NCBI GenBank assembly: GCA_944358895.1
Contig: CALVSB010000001.1
Coordinates: 31,355-95,354 of the forward strand
Length of the DNA stretch: 64,000 nt
Source: an uncultured Bacilli bacterium
GTDB taxonomy: Bacteria > Bacillota_I > Bacilli_A > RFN20 > CAG-826
Direction: 5' to 3'
Shown: positions 55,330 through 64,000 of the stretch, in pieces
How the letters are laid out: every line of letters starts with the position of its first letter
Position numbering within the stretch: position 1 is the first letter of the stretch
Notes under the pieces: generated by a model
The model's input: the letters and a program-made list of their open reading frames with translations, nothing else
Database searches by the model: none
What the model was told of the DNA's origin: nothing
Made by a program: the position numbers and the translations under genes

Positions 55330-56720
55330 TTGCTGATTTGGTCGTTGTCGACGATTTGCGCTTGCTGGGCGACGTAGCCGTCGAGGTCGTAGTCGTTGCC
55401 GTAATAGGCCCGGTTCTTCATGTAAGTGAGGATCGAGCCGAACGCCTCGCGAAGCTGCGGGTACTTGATTTGCTTCGGCCGGGTGTACTCGTTGGCGTTA
55501 AGGGAGTCGGCGAGGACCTTGGCCGGTCCTTCCTTGAGCTCGGGGATATTGGCAAGGGACTCCTTGTTGGTCGGGTACGTCCCGATGCCGTAATAAAGTT
55601 CTTCCGAGGCTTCCTTGCCCGTTAGATAAAGGAGGGCAGCCACCGCCGCATCCATCTTCTCGTCGCGACAGTCGCGGGTGATACCGAAGGCATAGGAGCC
55701 GCACGGGATGGCAACTCGACCCGACTTCTTGCCGCTCGCGTCTTCGTAGACGGGGTAAGGCATGATGCCATAGGAATTGGCGAATTGGGGATAGTCGTTC
55801 CGGATGGTCGTGACGTCCCACGGGCCGTAGATCGAGAAGGGGATCTGTCCCTGGACGAAGGCGAGATCGTTGCTCCCTTCGTAAATCCACCGCTCGTTGG
55901 AGCCGAGGCCCTCGGTCCCATAGAAGGGTTCGAGTTCCTTCAATCCGGCGAGGGCTTCCGGGCTCGTAAGGGCTTCCTTCACATGGTTGTCGGTCCCGAA
56001 ATCGCCGCCGGCGCTATAGATGAGAGGCGAATAGAAATACATGTCGCCATCCGTGCCGAAGCCGTTGTGGAGGTTGATTTGATAGGGCTGGTTGGCCGCG
56101 TAGAGCTTCTTTTGGGCCTCGTGGACGTCGTCCCAGCTCCAAGGATTCTCGATGGTGCCGAAGTCGGCGTCGGAATATCCGACCGCCTTGAGCATGTCCT
56201 TGTTGTAATAAAGCCCGCCCGGGGCTTCCATGGCCGAAAGGGTATAGAGTTTCCCGTCGATCGTCCCTTGGTCGATGACCGAGTCGACGTAGGACGACTT
56301 CTCTTCAGCGCTCACGTAATCGTCGATCGACTTGAGGATGTCATAATGGACCCTTCCGGCGACTTCCGAACTGTCGACGGCAAGGATGTCAGGGAGGCCG
56401 CCGGTGACGAGGGCCGCCGAAATCCGGGTGTCGATGTTGGTTCCGAGGAACTCCATCGTCATCTGGACGCGGGAACCGTCCGCCGCCACGATGCCGGCTT
56501 GGTTGAAATTCTCCATGATGGATTTGTAGATCTTGCCTTCGTCCTCCGATTCGCTTTTGTGGACCCAGACATTGATGATTTTCGTGGTAACGATGTGAAT
56601 GCTGCCTTGTTCGTCGATCGATTCCGATTGCTGGATATCGTTCGATTGGCCGCTTCCCCCGCAAGCGGTTAAGGCAAAGAGGCCAACGAGAGCCAATGGC
56701 GCTAGACGAGACAGTTTCAT
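55326..56720 (-). CDS. Sugar ABC transporter substrate-binding lipoprotein (SBP family 1)
   Basis: 464 aa with lipobox LFALTAC. GGAGGAG RBS. It is the first gene of the locus. Confidence 0.8.
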   Translation of the reverse strand: MKLSRLAPLALVGLFALTACGGSGQSNDIQQSESIDEQGSIHIVTTKIINVWVHKSESEDEGKIYKSIMENFNQAGIVAADGSRVQMTMEFLGTNIDTRISAALVTGGLPDILAVDSSEVAGRVHYDILKSIDDYVSAEEKSSYVDSVIDQGTIDGKLYTLSAMEAPGGLYYNKDMLKAVGYSDADFGTIENPWSWDDVHEAQKKLYAANQPYQINLHNGFGTDGDMYFYSPLIYSAGGDFGTDNHVKEALTSPEALAGLKELEPFYGTEGLGSNERWIYEGSNDLAFVQGQIPFSIYGPWDVTTIRNDYPQFANSYGIMPYPVYEDASGKKSGRVAIPCGSYAFGITRDCRDEKMDAAVAALLYLTGKEASEELYYGIGTYPTNKESLANIPELKEGPAKVLADSLNANEYTRPKQIKYPQLREAFGSILTYMKNRAYYGNDYDLDGYVAQQAQIVDNDQISN

Positions 56721-56735
56721 AGTCACTCCTCCAAA

Positions 56736-56810
56736 TGTGGGCACGTTCCCACATGCAAGAATGTAAGCGCTTTAATGCCGACCGTCAAGTGGTTTTTGAA
56801 AGCGTTCCCA
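56736..56810. promoter_or_regulatory. Promoter/operator region of the fructan locus
   Basis: On the minus strand, -35 TTGACG (56783-56788) and -10 TACATT (56760-56765) are separated by 17 nt. Three operator-like sites are present. The palindrome TGTGGGcacgttCCCACA lies at 56736-56753. The cre-like TGTAAGCGCTTTAA at 56762-56775 overlaps the -10. TGAAAGCGTTCCCA lies at 56797-56810. Confidence 0.45.
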
Positions 56811-56903
56811 AATGTAACAACGGCTAATGTGGCGACCGCTTCGGAAACTTTCCGGCGTTTTCTCCTTTTTTCCTAAGTGGCCCGCGGGGCACAATATGGA
56901 GGC

Positions 56904-57947
56904 ATGGAAATAAATAGGAAGATGAAGCGCGCGGTCAAGGTCGGGCCTCTCACGATCGGGGGAGGTTTCCCCATCGTCGTCCAGTCGATGGCCGCGGTCA
57001 AGACGAGCAAGGTCGATGATGTGCTAAGGCAAATTAAAGAAGCCATCCCCTATGGCCTCGAGCTGATGCGGGTCTCCGTCCTCGACATGGAAGACGCGGA
57101 AGCCCTAAGGGAACTCACGGCTCAAAGCCCGGTCCCGATCGTGGCCGACATCCATTTTGACTACCGGCTGGCTCTCCTCGCCGCCGATAGCGGAGTCGCC
57201 GCCATAAGGATCAATCCCGGGAACATCGGGAGCGAAGACCGGGTCAAGGCCGTCGTCGAGGCTTGCCAAACCCGTCGTATTCCCATCCGCATCGGGATCA
57301 ACGGCGGGAGTCTCTTCAAGGACCACGAGGCCACGCCGGAAGAAATGGTCGCGGCCGCCAAAGAACACGTCGCGATCCTCGAACGCAATTCCTTCTACGA
57401 CATCGTGATCTCCCTCAAGAGTTCCTCGCCTCTGACGACCATCGAGGCCAACCGCTTGGCCGACCAGGTATTCCCCTATCCCCTTCACCTCGGGGCGACC
57501 GAGGCCGGGCCGAAGGACGTTAGCCTCATCCGCTCGGCCGCCGTGCTCTCGCCCCTTCTCCTCGACGGGATCGGGGACACGATCCGCCTCTCGATGAGCG
57601 AGCCGCCCCTCGAAGAGGTGAAGGCCGGGCACCGCCTCCTCCGTGACCTCGGCCTTGAGGAAAGGTGGCCCTTCTTCGTCTCCTGCCCGACCTGCGGGCG
57701 GACGATGGTCGATCTCATGCCCCTGGCCAGAAAGGTCCAGGCCTACCTCGAGGAACGCCGGCTGAACATCAAGGTCGCCGTCATGGGCTGCATCGTCAAT
57801 GGCCCGGGCGAGGCGCGGGACGCCGACATCGGCCTGGCCGGCGGGCACGGCGTCTACGCCCTTTTCAAGAAGGGAAAGATCATCAAGACGGTAAACGAAA
57901 AGGACGCCTACGACGTCCTGATCGCTGAAATCGAGAAAGATTTATAG
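56904..57947 (+). CDS. ispG: 4-hydroxy-3-methylbut-2-en-1-yl diphosphate synthase (flavodoxin) IspG/GcpE
   Basis: 347 aa. The N-terminus MEINRKMKRAVKVGPLTIGG aligns with B. subtilis IspG. Cys ligands (CPTCGR...C) are present. The GTG at 56877 and ATG at 56922 are alternative starts. GGAGG sits only 1 nt upstream of 56904. Confidence 0.85.
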   Translation: MEINRKMKRAVKVGPLTIGGGFPIVVQSMAAVKTSKVDDVLRQIKEAIPYGLELMRVSVLDMEDAEALRELTAQSPVPIVADIHFDYRLALLAADSGVAAIRINPGNIGSEDRVKAVVEACQTRRIPIRIGINGGSLFKDHEATPEEMVAAAKEHVAILERNSFYDIVISLKSSSPLTTIEANRLADQVFPYPLHLGATEAGPKDVSLIRSAAVLSPLLLDGIGDTIRLSMSEPPLEEVKAGHRLLRDLGLEERWPFFVSCPTCGRTMVDLMPLARKVQAYLEERRLNIKVAVMGCIVNGPGEARDADIGLAGGHGVYALFKKGKIIKTVNEKDAYDVLIAEIEKDL

Positions 57948-58817
57948 CTTCGACAGGAAATCGGGATCGTAGGAGTTGCTCCTCAGCATCTCGATTTCTT
58001 TTTTGTAGGGCGGCTTCCCATCGAAATAAGGCGTCTCGAGAATCTTCGGCACCGCGGCGAAGTCCGGGTCGTGGGCCCAACGGGAGAGGGTATCGAAGCC
58101 GATATACCCCTGACCGAGGTTGGCGTGGCGGTCCTTATGGGAGCCGCGGGGATTCTTCGAGTCGTTCAGGTGGATGGCCTTCACGCGGGAAAGCCCGACC
58201 GTCCGCTCGATCTCGCCCTTGAGTCCGGATAGGTCGCTCACGTCGTAGCCGGCATCGCTCAGATGGCAGGTATCGAGGCAGACGGCGAGGCGGTCGGGAT
58301 GGGAGTAGCCCTCGATGATCTTTTGGACGCCCTCGAGGGTCGAGCCGAGCTCCCCGCCCTTCCCGGCCATCGTCTCGATGGCAAGAAGGACCGGGCTGTC
58401 CTCGACAAGGGTCTCTTCGAGGGAAAGGAGGAGATTATGGATCCCTTCTTCCTCCCCGGCCCCGAGATGGCTTCCGGGATGGAGGACGAGGACGCCGGCC
58501 CCGAAGGCCGCTGCCCTCTCCAGTTCCTTCCGGAGGAAGCCTTCCATCGCCTTCAGCTTGTCGGGATCGGAACGGTTGGCGAGGTTCACGATGTAAGGGG
58601 CGTGGACGACCCGGGCGGGCGAAAGGATCCCCTCTTGCCTCAAAAGGGCATCGCCTTCTTGAATCTTCATCTTCGAAAGCTCGGCCCGCTTGGTATTCTG
58701 GGGCGCGCCCGTATAGAACATCACAGCGCTTTCGCCAAATTCACGGGCCAGCTCGGCCGTCCCCTCGAAATAGGAGGGTCCGCACAGGGGGAGGTGGCTC
58801 CCGAGGAGGATGCTCAT
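57942..58817 (-). CDS. nfo: Endonuclease IV (AP endonuclease, TIM barrel)
   Basis: 291 aa. Its stop overlaps the ispG stop (convergent, 6 nt). Confidence 0.9.
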   Translation of the reverse strand: MSILLGSHLPLCGPSYFEGTAELAREFGESAVMFYTGAPQNTKRAELSKMKIQEGDALLRQEGILSPARVVHAPYIVNLANRSDPDKLKAMEGFLRKELERAAAFGAGVLVLHPGSHLGAGEEEGIHNLLLSLEETLVEDSPVLLAIETMAGKGGELGSTLEGVQKIIEGYSHPDRLAVCLDTCHLSDAGYDVSDLSGLKGEIERTVGLSRVKAIHLNDSKNPRGSHKDRHANLGQGYIGFDTLSRWAHDPDFAAVPKILETPYFDGKPPYKKEIEMLRSNSYDPDFLSKL

Positions 58818-60178
58818 TTCTTCTTATTCTTCGCCTTCATGGCGTAGCTCCGCCCGATCTCGGCCCGGATCGCGGCTTTGATGGCCTTCCGGCGGTACTT
58901 CCGCTTGACCTTTTCGATGGCGAACTGAGTCTTTTTCCTATGCATCGGCTCGACCCGCTTCTTCCTCGTGAGGGCCTTGGCGATCTTGATTTCCTTCACC
59001 TCTTCTTCGGGAAGGGCTTTTTTCTTCGGGCCGCGGGCTTTCTTCTCGAGGCTCGTCGGGTCGCTCACGAGTTCCCCGCCCTTGAGGACGTAGTAGTCGA
59101 AGGGGATTCCCTCGGCGAGGAGGCGGCGGGCATCGGCGACGGTGTCGCTGTTGTAGAAAGCCCAGGAGTCGCCCTTTTCCCCGAAGCGGGCGGCGCGTCC
59201 GGCCCGGTGGGAGTAGAACTCGATCTCCGGCGGGACATCGAGCGAGACAACGTCGGAAACGCCGGCCAGGTCGATGCCGCGGGCCAAAAGGTCGCTCGTG
59301 AGGACGAGGGCGTGCTTGCCCGAGCGGATTTCCCGGATGGCCTTCTTCCGGTCGCGCTCGGAGAGGGCGCCCGAGAAGTAGACGTAGTCGATCCCTTCGT
59401 TCCGGAGGAGGTCGGCGACCGGCTTCATGTCTTCTTTCTTGGAAGAGAAGGCAAGGCAAAGATAAGGACGCCGCGCCTTCATGAAGTCGACGAGGGCCCG
59501 GGCCTTCCCGACGTGCTTGATGTCGACAAGGTGATGGGAAAGCCCGCCGGGGGTCACTTCCTTCGTTCCCTCGAAGTCGATGCCGGGGAAGTCTTTCTTC
59601 AGCTCGGCGACGAGATGCGGCTTGAGGGTGGCCGAGTAGACGAGGGCCTGCCCCGCCCCGAGGCGGTCGGCCAGGCTTTTCACGTCGTCACCGTAGCCTT
59701 CCTCGAAGAGCATGTCGGCCTCGTCGAGGACCAAGGTCCTAACGTTGGTCAATGGATAGTCGTCCCGCTGGACAAGGAGGTCGACGAGCCGGCCCGGCGT
59801 CCCGACGACGATCTGAGGCGGAAGGCTCTTCCCTTCCTCGTTTTGGCTAACGTCGGTTTCCGAGGACCAAAGCCTCACCCTCATCTTCGGGTAGAAGCGG
59901 GCAAAGGCCCGGCAGAACTCGTAAGTCTGGCGGGCGAGTTCCCGGGAAGGGGCCACGATGACGGCCTGGGGCCGAGGAAGGTCGAAGTCGGTCCGGGCGA
60001 TGATCGGGATGAGGAAAGAATGCGTCTTGCCGCTCCCGGTCGGGGCCTGGACGAGCATCGATTCCCCGCGGAGGGCGCCGGGGATGACTTTTTCCTGGAT
60101 GGGGCTCGGCTCCTTGTAGCCGAAGCTTTCTAAGGCACCGACGAGGCGCTTATCGATTGAAAAACGGGCAAAGCTCAT
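58814..60178 (-). CDS. DEAD-box ATP-dependent RNA helicase (CshA-like) with a basic C-terminal tail
   Basis: 454 aa with a Q motif, Walker A APTGSGKT, DEAD box (LDEADM), SAT and HRAGRAAR motifs, plus a Lys/Arg-rich C-terminus. The start was chosen at MSFARF. Confidence 0.85.
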   Translation of the reverse strand: MSFARFSIDKRLVGALESFGYKEPSPIQEKVIPGALRGESMLVQAPTGSGKTHSFLIPIIARTDFDLPRPQAVIVAPSRELARQTYEFCRAFARFYPKMRVRLWSSETDVSQNEEGKSLPPQIVVGTPGRLVDLLVQRDDYPLTNVRTLVLDEADMLFEEGYGDDVKSLADRLGAGQALVYSATLKPHLVAELKKDFPGIDFEGTKEVTPGGLSHHLVDIKHVGKARALVDFMKARRPYLCLAFSSKKEDMKPVADLLRNEGIDYVYFSGALSERDRKKAIREIRSGKHALVLTSDLLARGIDLAGVSDVVSLDVPPEIEFYSHRAGRAARFGEKGDSWAFYNSDTVADARRLLAEGIPFDYYVLKGGELVSDPTSLEKKARGPKKKALPEEEVKEIKIAKALTRKKRVEPMHRKKTQFAIEKVKRKYRRKAIKAAIRAEIGRSYAMKAKNKKK

Positions 60179-60242
60179 ATCGGCGATAGTATAGCCGAAA
60201 AGGATTCTTTCCTTAAGGGCGGGCGGGCGCGATAATCGGGGC

Positions 60243-61079
60243 ATGGAAGTCGTGAAGATCAAGGCCGGCGGCTTTTGCGCCGGGGTCCGCCTCGCCATCG
60301 AGAAGGCCAGGGCGGCCGTCTCGAAGCACGGAAAGGCCTACGCCTATTCCCCGCTCGTCCATAACGAGGAGGTCACTTCCCGCCTCGAAGGCGAAGGGCT
60401 CCTGCCATTCGACCGGGAGCGCTTAGAGCAAAACGACCGCTCCCTGCCGGTCGTCCTTTCGGCCCATGGCCACCCGTCCTCATTAGAAGATTCGCTCAAG
60501 GAAGCCGGCTTCGCCATCGTCGATGCCACCTGCCCCTTCGTGAAGGCCAACGAGGAAGCCATCGCCACGGATAGCAGGAGTCACGACATCGTCTACCTCG
60601 GCCAGCCGGGCCACGAAGAGGCGCGGGCTGCCTCCTCCTTCGGATCGGGCCGCGTCCATCTCATCGACCCGGCTCTCCCTTTCGACGTTCCCGAAGGCCT
60701 CGTCGATCCTTTGATCTACGTCCAGACGACCCTCTCGGGCGAAGACATCAAGAAGGCCACCGAAGCCATCAGGGAAGAGTACCCGGAGGCCAAGCTCTGC
60801 CGCGGACCCTGCCGGGCGACCGAGGAACGGCAGAACGCGGTCAAGGGGCTCGATGGTTCCTATGACCTCATCGTCGTCGTCGGCTCGAGGAACTCGGCCA
60901 ACGCCCGGGCCCTTCAAAAGCTGGCCGCGGCCAAAGGAAGCACGGCTCTTTTGATCGCGAACGCGGAAGAGATCGATGCCGCTTCGCTGAAGAATAAGAA
61001 AAAGGCGGCCGTCATCGGGGCCGCCAGTACGGACGAGCTGGAAATCGATGCCGTCGTCGAAGCGCTCAAGTCTATTTGA
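60243..61079 (+). CDS. ispH: 4-hydroxy-3-methylbut-2-enyl diphosphate reductase IspH/LytB
   Basis: 278 aa with three conserved Cys (GFCAGV, ATCPFV, CRAT). Confidence 0.9.
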   Translation: MEVVKIKAGGFCAGVRLAIEKARAAVSKHGKAYAYSPLVHNEEVTSRLEGEGLLPFDRERLEQNDRSLPVVLSAHGHPSSLEDSLKEAGFAIVDATCPFVKANEEAIATDSRSHDIVYLGQPGHEEARAASSFGSGRVHLIDPALPFDVPEGLVDPLIYVQTTLSGEDIKKATEAIREEYPEAKLCRGPCRATEERQNAVKGLDGSYDLIVVVGSRNSANARALQKLAAAKGSTALLIANAEEIDAASLKNKKKAAVIGAASTDELEIDAVVEALKSI

Positions 61080-61842
61080 CAACTTCGGGCTGAACTTCGT
61101 GAACAATCGGAATGATAGTAAGATTCTGGTCGATATTCAGTAGAATTTCAGTCATTCGCTCAACGAATATTCCTTCGATTTCGTGTGGCAAATCGAGGTA
61201 ATTGTAGCCAGCATTGACGATGTCGCGCCTCGTATGATGGGGAGCATCGCCGGAAACATAGATGTCATACCCTTCGAGCTGGGCTTCCCGCCAAGAGGAA
61301 GACCCCCCGCCGCCGAGGATGGCGACGCTTTCGACTTCCTTGCTCCCGTAAGGGAGGAGGAGGCCATAGGCGGCTCCTAGGCGCTCCTTGGCCATCCGGG
61401 CGAAGTCCGCGACGGCCATCTTTACGTCAAGGCGGCCGCCCACCGCCATCGGCTCGCTCACGAGCGGATGGATGTCGATAAGGCCAAGCTTCGTCGCCAA
61501 AGCCCCGTTCATGCCCTCGGGGAACTTGGCGTCGAAATTGGTGTGGAAGCTATAGGCCGCGATCCCGAGGCGGACCGCTTCCTCATAGACGAGGCGCCGC
61601 TCGGCATTCTCCTTGAGGATCTTGGCCCGCGGGCCGAAGAAGACCGGATGGTGGGTAATCACGAGTTCGGCCCCCGCTTCCGCGGCGGCCTCGAGGCTTG
61701 CCTTATCGAGGTCGAGGGCCAGGGCGATCCGGCTGACTTCCTTGGGGACCGGCCCGATCATGGCGCCGACATGGTCCCACGGCTCGGCCAGTTCCTTGGG
61801 ATAGATCTCGTAAAGACGTCTGATCAACTTACGCGTTTTCAT
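61072..61842 (-). CDS. Nif3-family dinuclear metal-centre protein (YqfO)
   Basis: 256 aa. GAGGAG RBS. It overlaps the trmK 3' end by 14 nt. Confidence 0.8.
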   Translation of the reverse strand: MKTRKLIRRLYEIYPKELAEPWDHVGAMIGPVPKEVSRIALALDLDKASLEAAAEAGAELVITHHPVFFGPRAKILKENAERRLVYEEAVRLGIAAYSFHTNFDAKFPEGMNGALATKLGLIDIHPLVSEPMAVGGRLDVKMAVADFARMAKERLGAAYGLLLPYGSKEVESVAILGGGGSSSWREAQLEGYDIYVSGDAPHHTRRDIVNAGYNYLDLPHEIEGIFVERMTEILLNIDQNLTIIPIVHEVQPEVVK

Positions 61843-62506
61843 GTAGGTACTCCTCAATGAGGCGGATGGTTCCCTCCGCCTCTTTCTTTTTGTCTTCCGG
61901 AAGGGATGGATGGGCAAGCTGGGCCTTCATCCTGGCCTCTTCGGCCCGGAGATAGGAGAGGAATGCTTCCTCGTGGCCCCGTGAAGGCAAGATGCCATAG
62001 CGCCGCTCGATGGGCGCGAGTTCTTTTTCGAAAGTCCCCTTCGACCACCGCTCCAAGGAATAGAACTTGCCGCGGTCGGCGATGAAGCGTCCCGCTTCCG
62101 GGGCATAGCCGAGGCCGAGGAGCGTTTCCTGGAGAAGAGAACGCTCGCTATGGGCATCGACGACGAGATGTTCCACCGCCCCGAGCTTAGCCTTCCCCTT
62201 GAGGAGGATCGAGGAGATGAGATCACCGCCCATCCCGGCGAGGACGAGGGTCGTCGCCCGGGGGTCGAGGTCGTCGAGCCCGCTCGAGAGGGAAAGGAAG
62301 AGGCGGCTTTCTAAACCTAGGTCCTTCACGGTCTTCGCCATGTGGGCAAAGGGCCCTTCCTTGTTGTCGATGGCCTGGGCCGCCTCGACTTTGCCGTCGA
62401 GGATGGCCGCGGCCGGGAGGTAGGCGTGGTCGCTTCCGACGTCGGAAAGGAACCCGCCTTCCGGGATCAGGCTGAGCAGCACCGCTAGTCGCTTCGACAG
62501 GTTCAT
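61829..62506 (-). CDS. trmK: tRNA (adenine22-N1)-methyltransferase TrmK (YqfN)
   Basis: 225 aa SAM methyltransferase. Its sigA-trmK-nif3 position matches Bacillus. Confidence 0.75.
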   Translation of the reverse strand: MNLSKRLAVLLSLIPEGGFLSDVGSDHAYLPAAAILDGKVEAAQAIDNKEGPFAHMAKTVKDLGLESRLFLSLSSGLDDLDPRATTLVLAGMGGDLISSILLKGKAKLGAVEHLVVDAHSERSLLQETLLGLGYAPEAGRFIADRGKFYSLERWSKGTFEKELAPIERRYGILPSRGHEEAFLSYLRAEEARMKAQLAHPSLPEDKKKEAEGTIRLIEEYLHENA

Positions 62507-62540
62507 TCCCTTCCTCCTTTCCTCGCTATGTCCCTAGAGT

Positions 62541-62566
62541 CAGAAAAGGGCGAGGTCATCGCCCTT
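62541..62566 (-). terminator. Rho-independent terminator after rpoD
   Basis: On the minus strand, AGGGCG-ATGACCT-CGCCCT is followed by TTTTCT. Confidence 0.55.
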
Positions 62567-62585
62567 CCTTGGCCTTACCAAGGCC

Positions 62586-63935
62586 TTATTTGCTTCCTTT
62601 CGGGTTGGCGTCCGGGCCCGAGCTGTAGATGGCATCGCGGTAGTCGCCGAGCCGCTTGGCGCGGTTCGGATGGCGGAGCTTCCGGATGGCCTTCGCCTCG
62701 ATCTGGCGGATCCGCTCGCGGGTCACGTTGAACTCCTTGCCGACTTCCTCGAGGGTCCGCGGCCGGTTGTCGTCGAGGCCGTAGCGGAGGCGGAGCACTC
62801 GCTCCTCGCGGTCGGTGAGGTCCTTCATGATTTCGTAGAGCTCGTCCTTGAGGAGGGACTTCGTCGCGTACTCTTCCGGGGACTGGGTCTCCTTGTCCTC
62901 GATGAAATCGCCGAGGTGGGAATCGTCTTCCTCGCCGATCGGGGTTTCGAAGGACACCGGCTCGAGGGCGATCCGCTGGATCTCCCGGATCTTCTCCGGG
63001 GTAAGGCTTCCGCCCATCTTGTCGGAGATTTCCTCGGCCGTCGGCTCGCGCCCGAGTTCCTGGACGAGGGCCCGCTGGGTCCGCGTCATCTTGTTGATGG
63101 TCTCGACCATGTGGACCGGGATCCGGATGGTCCTGGCCTGGTCGGCGATGGCCCGGGTGATGGCCTGGCGGATCCACCAGGTCGCGTAGGTCGAGAACTT
63201 GAAGCCTTTCGTGTAGTCGAACTTCTCGACGGCCTTGATGAGGCCCATGTTGCCTTCCTGGATGAGGTCGAGGAAGTGCATGCCGCGCCCGACATAGTGC
63301 TTCGCAATGGCGATGACAAGCCGGAGGTTGGCCGTGATGAGCTGGTCCTTGGCCGCCTTATCGCCGGCCGCGATGCGCTTGGCGAGATCAATCTCTTCCT
63401 TGGCGTTGAGGAGGTTGACCTTCCCGATTTCCTTGAGGTACATCTTGACCGAGTCGTTGACCTTGACCTCGCCGGCCGACATCTTGGAGAGGTCGCCGAT
63501 ATTGGCGACTTCTTCCTTCTCGTCGAGGGCGGCTTCCTCGTCGGAAAGGTCATCGTCGTCGAGCGGGGGTTCCCCGTCTTCCCTCTCCGCCGCGGCCCCG
63601 GCCAGTTCCTCGTCGCTCGGGGCGGCTTCGTCGAGGTCGTCGTCGACCCCTTCGATCTTGATGCCCGAGTTCTTGAGCTTTTCGATGAGTTCGTTGAACT
63701 CGTCGTCGGAAATGTCGATCTGGGCCAGGCGGTCGGTCACTTCGGACATGTCGATGTAGCCGTCGGCCTTCCCTTTGGCAATGAATTCCTTCTCGATGGC
63801 CTTGAGCGATTCCTGCTCGGCCTTCCTTTCCGCGCTTTCGTCCTCGTCGGGCGCGAAGGCCATGCTATCGTTCTCCTCCGAATCGATGGTGGCTGCTTCC
63901 TTGGCGGCTTTCTTCGTCTTCTTTTCCTTTTCCAT
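62586..63935 (-). CDS. rpoD: RNA polymerase primary sigma factor (SigA/RpoD)
   Basis: 449 aa with an acidic region 1 and conserved regions 2-4 ([27 protein letters not shown]). AGAGGAG RBS lies upstream of MEKEKK. The frame stays open to the window end, but no better start is seen. Confidence 0.9.
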   Translation of the reverse strand: MEKEKKTKKAAKEAATIDSEENDSMAFAPDEDESAERKAEQESLKAIEKEFIAKGKADGYIDMSEVTDRLAQIDISDDEFNELIEKLKNSGIKIEGVDDDLDEAAPSDEELAGAAAEREDGEPPLDDDDLSDEEAALDEKEEVANIGDLSKMSAGEVKVNDSVKMYLKEIGKVNLLNAKEEIDLAKRIAAGDKAAKDQLITANLRLVIAIAKHYVGRGMHFLDLIQEGNMGLIKAVEKFDYTKGFKFSTYATWWIRQAITRAIADQARTIRIPVHMVETINKMTRTQRALVQELGREPTAEEISDKMGGSLTPEKIREIQRIALEPVSFETPIGEEDDSHLGDFIEDKETQSPEEYATKSLLKDELYEIMKDLTDREERVLRLRYGLDDNRPRTLEEVGKEFNVTRERIRQIEAKAIRKLRHPNRAKRLGDYRDAIYSSGPDANPKGSK

Positions 63936-64000
63936 GGTTTTCTCCTCTTTTCGCATCGTCGCGGTCGATGGGCTCCGTTTGAGCCGGTGATCCTCCTTTA

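Noticed and set aside
1-64000. CRISPR arrays, tRNA or rRNA genes, insertion sequences
   Set aside because: No regularly spaced direct repeats, no cloverleaf-compatible 70-90 nt segments in intergenic regions, and no transposase or integrase beyond the Xer-type recombinase.
63957-64000. dnaG 3' end upstream of rpoD
   Set aside because: A TAA at the window edge followed by AGGAGG would fit a dnaG stop and the rpoD RBS region. Too little sequence is present to support a feature.

Overview
This is a 64-kb chromosomal window from a high-GC organism (about 60% GC, strongly G/C-biased third codon positions, AT-rich intergenic spacers). Gene order and protein features place it in the Firmicutes with mollicute- or Erysipelotrichia-like traits. 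These are Bacillus-type synteny (ruvA-ruvB-secDF-recJ-rel-hisS-aspS; nusB-xseA-xseB-dxs; yqeG-yqeH-yhbY-nadD-rsfS; sigA-trmK-nif3), a fused SecDF, a fused NadD-YqeK, a long MalK-like ATPase, and many lipoproteins and C-terminally anchored surface proteins. Genes read intact in the standard bacterial code. No tRNA, rRNA, CRISPR array or obvious mobile element was found.

Most of the window is housekeeping: RuvB, SecDF, RecJ, Rel, HisS, AspS, transketolase, Asp23, NusB, XseAB, Dxs, DinB, a Xer recombinase, DeoB, the yqe ribosome-biogenesis operon, ParE/ParC, PlsY, EF-P, L33, IspG, Nfo, a DEAD-box helicase, IspH, Nif3, TrmK and RpoD.

The accessory content is one co-directional minus-strand block of about 18 kb (38391-56720). 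It is a fructan/sucrose utilisation locus encoding a substrate-binding lipoprotein, two sugar ABC permeases, three GH32 enzymes, two non-catalytic surface proteins built from the same beta-sandwich module, a LacI regulator, a fructokinase, a YesL-like membrane protein and an extended MsmK-like ATPase. It sits behind a promoter overlapped by cre/LacI-type operators.

Other points worth a second look:
- One GH32 paralog carries substitutions in all three catalytic signatures.
- A CrtI-like flavoprotein is paired with an FNR-type [2Fe-2S] reductase of unknown function.
- The 11-mer TTAGTAGTTTT recurs just 3' of stop codons.
- Leaderless promoters show a fixed 6-nt gap between the -10 element and the start codon.
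- A roughly 500-bp purine-rich, AT-rich orphan island lies at about 23940-24440.
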